NCBI GenBank assembly: GCA_963664705.1
Contig: OY761556.1
Span: 96,001-160,000 of the forward strand
Reading direction: 5' to 3'
Source of the DNA: Acidobacteriota bacterium
GTDB taxonomy: Bacteria; Acidobacteriota; UBA6911
Length of the DNA: 64,000 nucleotides
Shown: positions 56,346 to 64,000 of the stretch, piece after piece
Layout of the letters: each line of letters opens with the position of its first letter
How positions within the stretch are numbered: the first letter of the stretch is position 1
The notes under the pieces: model-generated
Databases searched by the model: none
The model's input: only the letters and a program-made list of their open reading frames with translations
Told to the model about the DNA's origin: nothing
Made by a program: the position numbers and the translations under genes

Positions 56346-58715
56346 TTAGAAGCGATATCGGAGGTTCATGTACCAGTTGCGACCCGCTTCCGGATAGCCT
56401 TCCTGGTAATAGTAATTGCGATCGAACAGGTTCTTGACCCCTGCCTGCAGGTCCAACCCGGTGCAGATCGGTACGACGCCGCCGAAATCCGCCGTGGCGA
56501 ATTTTGACGCAGGAATGATAAGCCCGGAATCATTGGTGGTGATGGTGCCGCTTTCATACCGGGCTGTTGCCAGAAGCTGAACCCTGCGCGGCAGGCGGAT
56601 GCTTGCCGTACCAATGGCTCGGTGCTTGGGTGTTCCGGTCGGATAGACGCCCAGCATGTTTACCGGTCCTTCCATTGTGCGGTTCAGGAAGGTGTAGTTT
56701 GCGTCCACGGTCAGTCGTGACACTGGCGTGGTGCGGACCGTGAATTCAACGCCCTGGTGGACCTCTTTCCCGATGTTCACGGATTGCTGGCATGTGCCCA
56801 GAGGAAGAGACGGGCATTGAGTCGGGAATTGAGCTGCGATGGTGGCGTTTTGAATGGCGTCATACACATCGCTGCGATACAGGTCCAGCTGCATCATCGT
56901 TTTGAAGGCGAATACGTGGGAATACCCGGCACTCCAGTTTCTGGAATGCTCCGGCTGTATGGCGGTGTTCGGGATTGCCTGACCGTTTTTATACGAATAC
57001 CGGTCCTTGAGCGTGGGGAAGTGACTCTTTTCGGCAAAGGTAAAGAACAGGGTTCCTGAGTTCGCGAACGTATAGGAAATCGATGCCAGCGGGTTGAAGG
57101 TCCAGACATTCAGCAGGCATGCCGTGAACGAATCACTGGCTGCGCCGTTGCAGGGGAAGGGCTCAACCGTGTAGACCGTGGTGGCGTTTTTCCCGCTTCC
57201 GACCGTGGTGGTAACCAGGTTCTGCGCTTTGGCGGCGTTCAGGTGGTCGATGCTGAAACCAAGGGTGGCGCGGAATCGCGACGAAAGCGTGATGGCATCC
57301 TGGAAACCCATCGAATATTGCTGATCCCGGTCGGTTCTCCAGGGCTGATAGGTCGGGACTCCGGCGGTGGAATAGGAAACGCCGGTTTCCTTGTGCGTGT
57401 CGTCCTTATAGAAGAAGGAAGCGCCGAGCGCGTGCCGTGAAAATGAGCGATTGGCGAATTCGGCGGATGTTCCGGCCGAGAAATCGTCATAGGCGGAAGT
57501 GCTCGACAGGGTCGAATAGGTCCCGCTCGAATACTGATTCATGCCATTCGGATATTTGTCGTAGAAGGCACGGAATTTGATGGAACTGGACTCTCCGAGG
57601 CCGGTGTTCGAATTGAAGTAATAGCTCTCCCGGTCCCAGTATGGCCATTGCCAGTAGCGCACCTTGTTGGATTTGGTGTCGTTTCCGGAGTATGGGGGAG
57701 CCGCGTAATCCGCCTTTTGTTTGGTGAAGGTAAAGACGTATTGATCTTCGCTTCTCGGCGTCCAGCCGGCTCTGCCGCTGTATCGCGCATCCCGCGTATA
57801 GGAATTCACCCGATTGTAGTTCGGCTGAGTCGAATTCAAAACAAAGTCGCCGGAAAGGGGATAATAATTGGATTCCAGCCAATCCATGCCGCCGCGGATA
57901 AAAAACTTGTTCCAGCGTGATCCCAGGTGCAATCCCGATTCGAGCAGATGTCCGGAGCCCGTCCCGATCGATGCATCGCCCTCGAGCTTCTTTTCGGGCT
58001 GCCGGCTGACCATATTGACGGCGCCGCCAAGGCCGTTGGGGCCCAGCAGCGGCGAAGAGTAGCCCTTGGCTATCTCAATCTCTGAAATGTCATTGGTAAG
58101 GAAACGGGCAATATCCGCATATCCATCGTAGGGCACAAGAATGGGTACGCCATCCAGGTAGATCCCCACCTGCCGCGTGTCAAATCCACGGATCATGATG
58201 CCTGCCTGGTTCCTGGCTGCCTTGTGGTCTACGGAGACTCCGGGGATAAACTGGATGGATTGAGCCACATTGGTCAAATGAGAATTGGCCATGTCCGTAC
58301 GATCGACGCTGTCGGTAACCGGCGACAGCGGGGAGGTTTCCGCTGTTACGCTGATTTCGGTTACGCCCAGTTCGAACGATTGACCCGGATCTTCCTTAAT
58401 GATCGCTTCGACCGCTTCCTGTAGTGCGGAAACCTGCCCTTTGATCTGCTCCGCATTCCATGGTTGAGCGGGAGCTGCTGCGAGCTTAATGCTTGAATTG
58501 GGGTGCAGCCTCAGCCAGAACTCAACGGCGGTGCGGATCTGAATGACCGCATCCTTTTGGGCCTCGAGCTCAGCTGCCGGCATGGCCTGGATGGAATCGA
58601 GGCTTTCACGCCAGGTAAGAACTTGCTTTGTCTGACCGCTCAGGACGGCAGCCTGACAAAGCAAAGCGAGCAAAACCACAAAGAACCGTATTGACCTGAA
58701 GTTTTTGAAATGCAT
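56346..58715 (-). CDS. TonB-dependent receptor
   Basis: Signal peptide; plug PGVS...IRG...YLDGVP...IEIAKG..S.L.G...GGAVN; NLFDRNY...GRNWY...YRF C-terminus. Confidence 0.93.
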   Translation of the reverse strand: MHFKNFRSIRFFVVLLALLCQAAVLSGQTKQVLTWRESLDSIQAMPAAELEAQKDAVIQIRTAVEFWLRLHPNSSIKLAAAPAQPWNAEQIKGQVSALQEAVEAIIKEDPGQSFELGVTEISVTAETSPLSPVTDSVDRTDMANSHLTNVAQSIQFIPGVSVDHKAARNQAGIMIRGFDTRQVGIYLDGVPILVPYDGYADIARFLTNDISEIEIAKGYSSPLLGPNGLGGAVNMVSRQPEKKLEGDASIGTGSGHLLESGLHLGSRWNKFFIRGGMDWLESNYYPLSGDFVLNSTQPNYNRVNSYTRDARYSGRAGWTPRSEDQYVFTFTKQKADYAAPPYSGNDTKSNKVRYWQWPYWDRESYYFNSNTGLGESSSIKFRAFYDKYPNGMNQYSSGTYSTLSSTSAYDDFSAGTSAEFANRSFSRHALGASFFYKDDTHKETGVSYSTAGVPTYQPWRTDRDQQYSMGFQDAITLSSRFRATLGFSIDHLNAAKAQNLVTTTVGSGKNATTVYTVEPFPCNGAASDSFTACLLNVWTFNPLASISYTFANSGTLFFTFAEKSHFPTLKDRYSYKNGQAIPNTAIQPEHSRNWSAGYSHVFAFKTMMQLDLYRSDVYDAIQNATIAAQFPTQCPSLPLGTCQQSVNIGKEVHQGVEFTVRTTPVSRLTVDANYTFLNRTMEGPVNMLGVYPTGTPKHRAIGTASIRLPRRVQLLATARYESGTITTNDSGLIIPASKFATADFGGVVPICTGLDLQAGVKNLFDRNYYYQEGYPEAGRNWYMNLRYRF

Positions 58716-58941
58716 TGTCTCTCTTTCGCTAAACCGTTAAATTAGAATATTCTTATTGCCCGCAATCCACGTCAGGAGGTGGCTTCAGTCTGGGCAGGCC
58801 CCTCTGGAGAAAATTCTCCCAAAGAGCCACAAGATACGCCCATAATGTACCAGATTGTCTTGAAAATATGAAATTCACAATCCGTTTGTAATTGTATGGC
58901 GGGACATGCTAAAAATTGGGAAATGGCTGGAGGATTCGTTA

Positions 58942-59550
58942 ATGTATAGATTGTTTGCTGTTCGCGATGGTCTCGCCGCGGCGGGACGGCTGCATCCTGT
59001 AGCAAAAAATCAGGACCGCATTTCTGCCAATGAAATAGCCCTTTTGTTCGTTTGCGGCGCAGTTTCCGCATCGGTGATTGCCTTTGTGCGGTTGGGCCTT
59101 CGTTTACCCGGGCACTCCATTGTTCTCTCCATGATTCCAATGGCTCTGGGCCTTGCTCTGGCTCCACGCCGTTTTAGCGGATTCATCATGAGCGCCGGCG
59201 CATTTGCCACGGCCTCTGCCTATACCGCCGCGGGACTGGCGCAATACGGTTCCGGTGCATTCGTCAGCCTTTGCCTGCTTGGCCCTATGATGGATCTGGC
59301 CTTAACAAAGGTTAAGGGCGGCCTGCGTCTTTACCTCAGCTTTATTATTGCGGGAATTGCCACTAATCTTATGGCTCTGGCATCACGAAGCACCAGCAAG
59401 TTGTTGATGATTGATCCGGGAACGCGCCCGTTTGGCGGATGGTGGTCTCAAGCCATCATGACCTACTCCCTGTGTGGGGCTCTTGCCGGCCTGATTGCCG
59501 CCCTGTGCTTTTTCCAATTCCGCGCCCGGCAATCGGCAGATTCGGAATAG
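58942..59550 (+). CDS. Integral membrane protein (about 5-6 TM; ECF S-component-like)
   Basis: LRLPGHS motif, hydrophobic helices, CGALAGL; function inferred. Confidence 0.7.
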   Translation: MYRLFAVRDGLAAAGRLHPVAKNQDRISANEIALLFVCGAVSASVIAFVRLGLRLPGHSIVLSMIPMALGLALAPRRFSGFIMSAGAFATASAYTAAGLAQYGSGAFVSLCLLGPMMDLALTKVKGGLRLYLSFIIAGIATNLMALASRSTSKLLMIDPGTRPFGGWWSQAIMTYSLCGALAGLIAALCFFQFRARQSADSE

Positions 59551-59554
59551 CGCC

Positions 59555-60274
59555 GTGGTATTTGTCGGCATTGATGACACAGACATTGTCGGGTCCCCGG
59601 GAACGAACCAGTTAGCCCGCCTGATACTGAGGCGCATTGGTGCGCTGGCTCAGGATGCCGTTATCTGCAGGCACCAGCTTTTCTTTGATCCGCGTGTTCC
59701 GTATACAAGCAAAAATGGGTCGGCCTCCATTCAACTGCCCAAGGCTGTGCCCGGGGATATCCCCGGCCTGACGACTGCCATCCGTGAGGTGATGCTGGGC
59801 TGGTTTGTCGAAGGGAGCGATCCTGGTTTGTGTATAGCGACCGGGGCCACCGATGAAATGATGGCATTCAGCCAGCGCTGCAAATGCGAAGTGATTACCC
59901 AGGAGGAAGCACGGGTGATTGCGGCGCACGCGGACTGCTATCTTGAAGGTTTGGGGGGGACGCAACAGGGCATCATCGGAGCGCTTGCGGCAATCGGCCT
60001 GGTTGTCGGCGGGAACGATGGCCGCATTGTTCATCTGTCCTGGTGGCCTTATCCGGAAGACGGATTTTCCGGCTGTCAGGATATCGAGGCCATTCAGGCC
60101 CGTGGCGTTGATGAGATTCGCCAGGCGCAGTCCGAGTTGCCGGTGACCTCCGGCGTTGTGGATGTCGGCAAGCATCTCCGCCCCAATCGAAGAGGCGGGC
60201 GCATCATTCTTTATGTGGAACCGAATCTCGGCCCGGACTCCACCGCCGCCTGGCGTTCCGTCAAACTTCTTTAG
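59555..60274 (+). CDS. Protein resembling the N-terminal domain of TiaS (IDDTD motif); start uncertain
   Basis: VGIDDTD...GT; RHQL...VPYTSKN; GIIGALAAIG. Confidence 0.75.
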   Translation: MVFVGIDDTDIVGSPGTNQLARLILRRIGALAQDAVICRHQLFFDPRVPYTSKNGSASIQLPKAVPGDIPGLTTAIREVMLGWFVEGSDPGLCIATGATDEMMAFSQRCKCEVITQEEARVIAAHADCYLEGLGGTQQGIIGALAAIGLVVGGNDGRIVHLSWWPYPEDGFSGCQDIEAIQARGVDEIRQAQSELPVTSGVVDVGKHLRPNRRGGRIILYVEPNLGPDSTAAWRSVKLL

Positions 60275-60350
60275 TGCGCTCCCGGTCTTTGTATCTTCGA
60301 GCTCAGGGTATATCTGCGTTACAATGGCATCCTCAAATGACGGAGGCTGC

Positions 60351-60677
60351 ATGAGAAAAGTTCCTATCCGCTTTCAGGAATTCACCAAAAATTATCCCAA
60401 AATAGCCGCGGCCTACGAGGAGTTGGCGGGAGAGTGCCGGCGTTCCGGACCTCTCAGCGATAGAGATCAGGCGCTGGTGAAGATAGGGATTGCCGCCGGG
60501 GCACAATTGGAAGGTTTGGTGTTATCGCAAGTGCGGAAAGGTTTGGATCTTGGCCTTCAGCCTGACGAGATCCGGCAGGCTATTCTGCTCAGCCTGCCAT
60601 CCATCGGATTTTCCGGCATGATGGCAGCGTTCACCTGGGCGGAGAATGTTCTGAACGAGGAAACCGAACAGAAATAA
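60351..60677 (+). CDS. Carboxymuconolactone decarboxylase / AhpD-like protein
   Basis: GPLSDRDQALVKIGIA, EIRQAILL.LPSIGF; GGAGG RBS. Confidence 0.85.
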   Translation: MRKVPIRFQEFTKNYPKIAAAYEELAGECRRSGPLSDRDQALVKIGIAAGAQLEGLVLSQVRKGLDLGLQPDEIRQAILLSLPSIGFSGMMAAFTWAENVLNEETEQK

Positions 60678-60700
60678 TATGCGGAATGGAGGAGATCGAA

Positions 60701-61339
60701 ATGGCGAAGATACAGCTTGAACCGAAACCCGGGCCAATGCCCATCCTCGGCTTTTACCCGACCATCATCATTGGGGCCAATGTGGACGGGAAGCCGGATT
60801 TTACCACCGTCGCCTGGACAGGCGTTGCTGCCAGCGTTCCGCCCACCATTACCATCGCGCTCCAGCACCACCGACATTCACTCAAGGGAGTTCGGCAGAA
60901 CATGACTTTCTCCGTCAATATCCCGTCGGCCACCCACGTCAGGGAGACCGACTATTGCGGCCTGGCCTCGGGCGCGCGGGTGGATAAGGCGGCCGATTGC
61001 GGATTTAAGGTTTCCTACGGCAAATTGAAGAGCGCGCCTTTTGTTGAAGAATGCCCCATCAGCCATGGCTGCGAAGTTATTCAAATCCTTCACCTGGGAA
61101 GCCACGAATTAATCGTCGGGAAAATTGTGGACACCCACATTTCGGAGGAATGTCTGACCAATGGCAGGCCGGACCCGGCTAAGGTGGACCCGATTGTGTT
61201 TGCCGGCACGGGATATTACCGGATTGGCGATCGCCTTGGGGATGCCTTCCGGTGCGGCATCGACATCAATCCCAAGGCAAAGCTGGATACTCTCGAAGAG
61301 ATCAAGAAATTCAGCGAGAAGGGGATATCGGAAGCCTAG
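60701..61339 (+). CDS. Flavin reductase family protein
   Basis: VAWTG, FSVNIPS, DYCG..SG...DK, ECP, GSHELIVG. Confidence 0.9.
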   Translation: MAKIQLEPKPGPMPILGFYPTIIIGANVDGKPDFTTVAWTGVAASVPPTITIALQHHRHSLKGVRQNMTFSVNIPSATHVRETDYCGLASGARVDKAADCGFKVSYGKLKSAPFVEECPISHGCEVIQILHLGSHELIVGKIVDTHISEECLTNGRPDPAKVDPIVFAGTGYYRIGDRLGDAFRCGIDINPKAKLDTLEEIKKFSEKGISEA

Positions 61340-61469
61340 GTCCGGCGGAGAGTGCGTGCGGTGCAAATGCATTACTATTCTGTTGCCAAAATCGCCCTCC
61401 AGTGGCAGGCTCTATCCATAGGAATCGCTCGAAATTTCTTTCAAGGCAAATATTCAAGGAGACGGCGGT

Positions 61470-62177
61470 ATGTCTGAAGCCCAGAAAACCGGAGATACGA
61501 AGAAAAAGGTTTTGAGGCGTGATTTTCTCGCTGGCGGCGGAGCAGCTATTGCCGCGGGTGCGCTAGGAATGGTCTCTGCGCCGGTCGAGGCAGCGGCCCA
61601 GGCTGGTGCAAAGGCTAATCTTGCTCCCTCTACGGGATATATCGTTTATGACAGCCGGCTGTGTCTTGGTTGCCAGAGTTGTATGTTTGCCTGCTCGATG
61701 ACCCACGAAGGGGAGGGGAGTCCTTCGTTGTCCAGGATTCAGATTATCCGGGATGCCCCGTCTTTTACCAAATATCCCTATGACATCGTGATGTCCGTCT
61801 GTCGGCAGTGCGTTTCTCCCTTGTGCGTCCAGAACTGTCCGACCGGCGCCTGTCATGTCGATGCCGCCAATGGAAATATCCGGAGGATCGATCAATCCAA
61901 GTGTGTCGGATGTCAGCGATGTATCCAATCCTGTCCGCAGCGACCCCATCGAACCGTCTGGAACCCGGTCAAGAAGAAATCAACCAAGTGTGACCTGTGC
62001 GCCGATGCACCGTTCTGGAGCCAGAAGGGCGGACCGGAAGGGGCGCAGGCTTGCATCCAAAATTGTCCGGCCAAGGCACTGAAGCTTGTCAAGGATCCGC
62101 CGCCCCAGTTGGATGTGGCTGGTTATGACGTGAATCTCGCGCCGCCCCCCAAAGCCACTCCGGCGGTAAAAATATAG
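61470..62177 (+). CDS. Tat-exported 4Fe-4S multicluster ferredoxin-type protein
   Basis: RRDFL twin-arginine signal; CLGCQSC, CRQC...CP, CVGCQRC...CP, KCDLC, C...CP. Confidence 0.9.
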   Translation: MSEAQKTGDTKKKVLRRDFLAGGGAAIAAGALGMVSAPVEAAAQAGAKANLAPSTGYIVYDSRLCLGCQSCMFACSMTHEGEGSPSLSRIQIIRDAPSFTKYPYDIVMSVCRQCVSPLCVQNCPTGACHVDAANGNIRRIDQSKCVGCQRCIQSCPQRPHRTVWNPVKKKSTKCDLCADAPFWSQKGGPEGAQACIQNCPAKALKLVKDPPPQLDVAGYDVNLAPPPKATPAVKI

Positions 62178-62206
62178 CGGATCTTGCATCACTGATCTCA
62201 AGGGCG

Positions 62207-62239
62207 AGAAGGCTCCAAAGAACTCCTGGAGCCTTTTTG
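62207..62239 (+). terminator. Rho-independent terminator
   Basis: AAGGCTCCA...TGGAGCCTT followed by Ts. Confidence 0.75.
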
Positions 62240-62258
62240 CATTTAAGGGGAGGGTTCT

Positions 62259-63167
62259 ATGGAAAATGTAAACGGAAAGGTTGCATTCATCACCGGTGGA
62301 GCCAGCGGCATCGGTCTGGGAATAGCCAAGGCGTTTGTGAGTGCCGGAATGAAGGTCATGATCGCGGATATTCAGGAAGACCGGATGCGCGACGCCATGC
62401 TCGGCTTTCAGAAACTCGGGCAGGACGGCAGCGTCCGTTGCCTCAAACTGGATGTAACTGATCGCAAAGCGTTTGCCTGGGCTGCCGATGAGACGGAACG
62501 ATTGCTGGGCAATGTGCATGTGCTTTGCAACAATGCCGGTATCGGGATTCTCGGATCCATCAAGCTTACGAAATTTGATGATTGGGACTGGGGAATCAGC
62601 GTCCTTATTGGCGGCGTGGTCAATGGGATCCAGACCTTCCTGCCGCGCATGCTCAGTCATGGCGAGGGTGGACACATCATCACCACATCTTCAATGGGCG
62701 GGGCGCTGCCTCTGTCCGGATCCCCAGTCTATTCCACGGCAAAGGCGGGCGTGATCGCGATGTGTGAATGTCTGCGCGGTGACCTGGCGGCCGATAATAT
62801 TGGCGTCTCCGCATTTTGTCCGGGGCCGGTGGCCACGAATATTCGAGAGGCCGGCGCTCTCAGACCGGAACAATACCGATCGAACAGCGGCCTTGCGAAC
62901 CTGGAAAAGGAATTGGCCAGCAGGGAGAATTCTCCGAATTGGATGAGCATTGAGGAATGCGGAGAACGGGTGCTGCAGGGGATCCGCCGCAACGACCTGT
63001 TTATCTTCACCCATCGGGAGTTCAAAGAGGGTGTTGCCGAACGGATGCAAGCGATGCTGGAGTCTTTCCCGGATGAGGAGATCAATCAAAAGCGAGCGGC
63101 AGAAATTCCGTATTTGATCTCAAACCCGATTTATCGACAGGCGCTGGAGGCGATCCGGAAACGTTGA
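62259..63167 (+). CDS. SDR family oxidoreductase
   Basis: TGGASGIG, NNAG, YSTAK, CPGPV. Confidence 0.92.
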   Translation: MENVNGKVAFITGGASGIGLGIAKAFVSAGMKVMIADIQEDRMRDAMLGFQKLGQDGSVRCLKLDVTDRKAFAWAADETERLLGNVHVLCNNAGIGILGSIKLTKFDDWDWGISVLIGGVVNGIQTFLPRMLSHGEGGHIITTSSMGGALPLSGSPVYSTAKAGVIAMCECLRGDLAADNIGVSAFCPGPVATNIREAGALRPEQYRSNSGLANLEKELASRENSPNWMSIEECGERVLQGIRRNDLFIFTHREFKEGVAERMQAMLESFPDEEINQKRAAEIPYLISNPIYRQALEAIRKR

Positions 63168-63184
63168 AGCCAGCGCGCTGCGAT

Positions 63185-63988
63185 TTACTGCTGGAGAGCG
63201 GGGAAGCAGACCTTGCGCTCCACCGATTCGCCGGCGGATACGACTCGCACCTCCACCCCATAGGCGGATCTCAAATTTTCCTCTGTGATGACATCGTCGG
63301 GTGCGCCTATTTGCGAGATTTTGCCTTTATTGAGAATAACCACGCTGTCCGCGACCAGAAAAGTGTGATCCGGGAAATGGGTGGCCATGATGATGGTCAT
63401 TCCATCCAGGGTCAGCCGTCTGATCGCCTGAAGTATCTTCGTCTGGTTCCCCAGGTCCAAATGCGACGTTGGCTCATCCAGCAATAACAACTGCGGTTTC
63501 TGCACCAGGGCTCTTGCGATAAGGGCAAGCTGCCATTCCCCTCCACTGACAGAATTGCACGGACGGTCCGCCAGGTGCAGAATTCCGGCAGTCTCCATGG
63601 CTTCGTGCGCAATCTTCATGTCGTTTTTGGATGGGGAGGCCAGGATGCTCAGGTGCGGCGCCCGTCCCATGACAACGATGTCCTTAATCCGGAAAGGGAA
63701 GGCGGACGTCAGGCCCTGCGGCACATAGCCTATCCGTCGGGCGATTTCAGACAGTTTGAAACTGAACAGGTCCTGCCCATCGAAAAGAATATTGCCCTGC
63801 TGGATGTGCAGAATTCCGCTCAGGCATTTGAGAAGCGTGGATTTGCCGGTTCCGTTCGGGCCCAGGAGACAAAGCACCTGTCCAGGCAGGACCGAAAACG
63901 AGAGGCTGTGAAACACGGCGGCCGCTGAATCCTGGTGATAACTGAAGGAAATGTCGCTTGCCTGCATTCGGAATGTCATGTTTACCAC
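63185..63988 (-). CDS. Iron-siderophore/cobalamin-type ABC transporter ATP-binding protein
   Basis: GPNGTGKST, YVPQ, VSGGE, LLDEPTSHLD, ATH, AYGV. Confidence 0.92.
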   Translation of the reverse strand: MVNMTFRMQASDISFSYHQDSAAAVFHSLSFSVLPGQVLCLLGPNGTGKSTLLKCLSGILHIQQGNILFDGQDLFSFKLSEIARRIGYVPQGLTSAFPFRIKDIVVMGRAPHLSILASPSKNDMKIAHEAMETAGILHLADRPCNSVSGGEWQLALIARALVQKPQLLLLDEPTSHLDLGNQTKILQAIRRLTLDGMTIIMATHFPDHTFLVADSVVILNKGKISQIGAPDDVITEENLRSAYGVEVRVVSAGESVERKVCFPALQQ

Positions 63989-64000
63989 GCGGGTCGATTC

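Overview
A 64-kb, moderately GC-rich bacterial chromosomal segment with about 56 genes. The gene content suggests an anaerobic Acidobacteriota-like organism (inference only). I recognised no rRNA, tRNA, CRISPR array, prophage or intact transposase. Main blocks: (i) two tandem paralogous exported proteins, each followed by heptamer-repeat inverted repeats; (ii) assorted metabolic genes (acyl-CoA synthetases, SDRs, ubiX plus an LpdD-like gene, a membrane-anchored MutS-like ATPase); (iii) a TatT-type TRAP transporter with a fatty-acyl-CoA ligase; (iv) an FHA - PP2C - Ser/Thr kinase - fused SEDS/PBP - FHA operon resembling the actinobacterial pknAB-rodA-pbpA cluster; (v) glnD; (vi) a 13.5-kb minus-strand [FeFe]-hydrogenase locus running rex, hydC, hydB fused to a GltD/NfnL-like module, hydA, a structured intergenic region, a sensory hydrogenase-histidine kinase with three receiver-domain partners, aspA and hydF; (vii) a TonB receptor divergent from a membrane protein and a TiaS-like protein. 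Intergenic DNA holds a nested repeat system (GTAG-REPs inside an IS4-like MITE inserted into another palindromic repeat) and a GxxExxY nuclease remnant with flanking inverted repeats. Family names come from motif recognition, not database searches.
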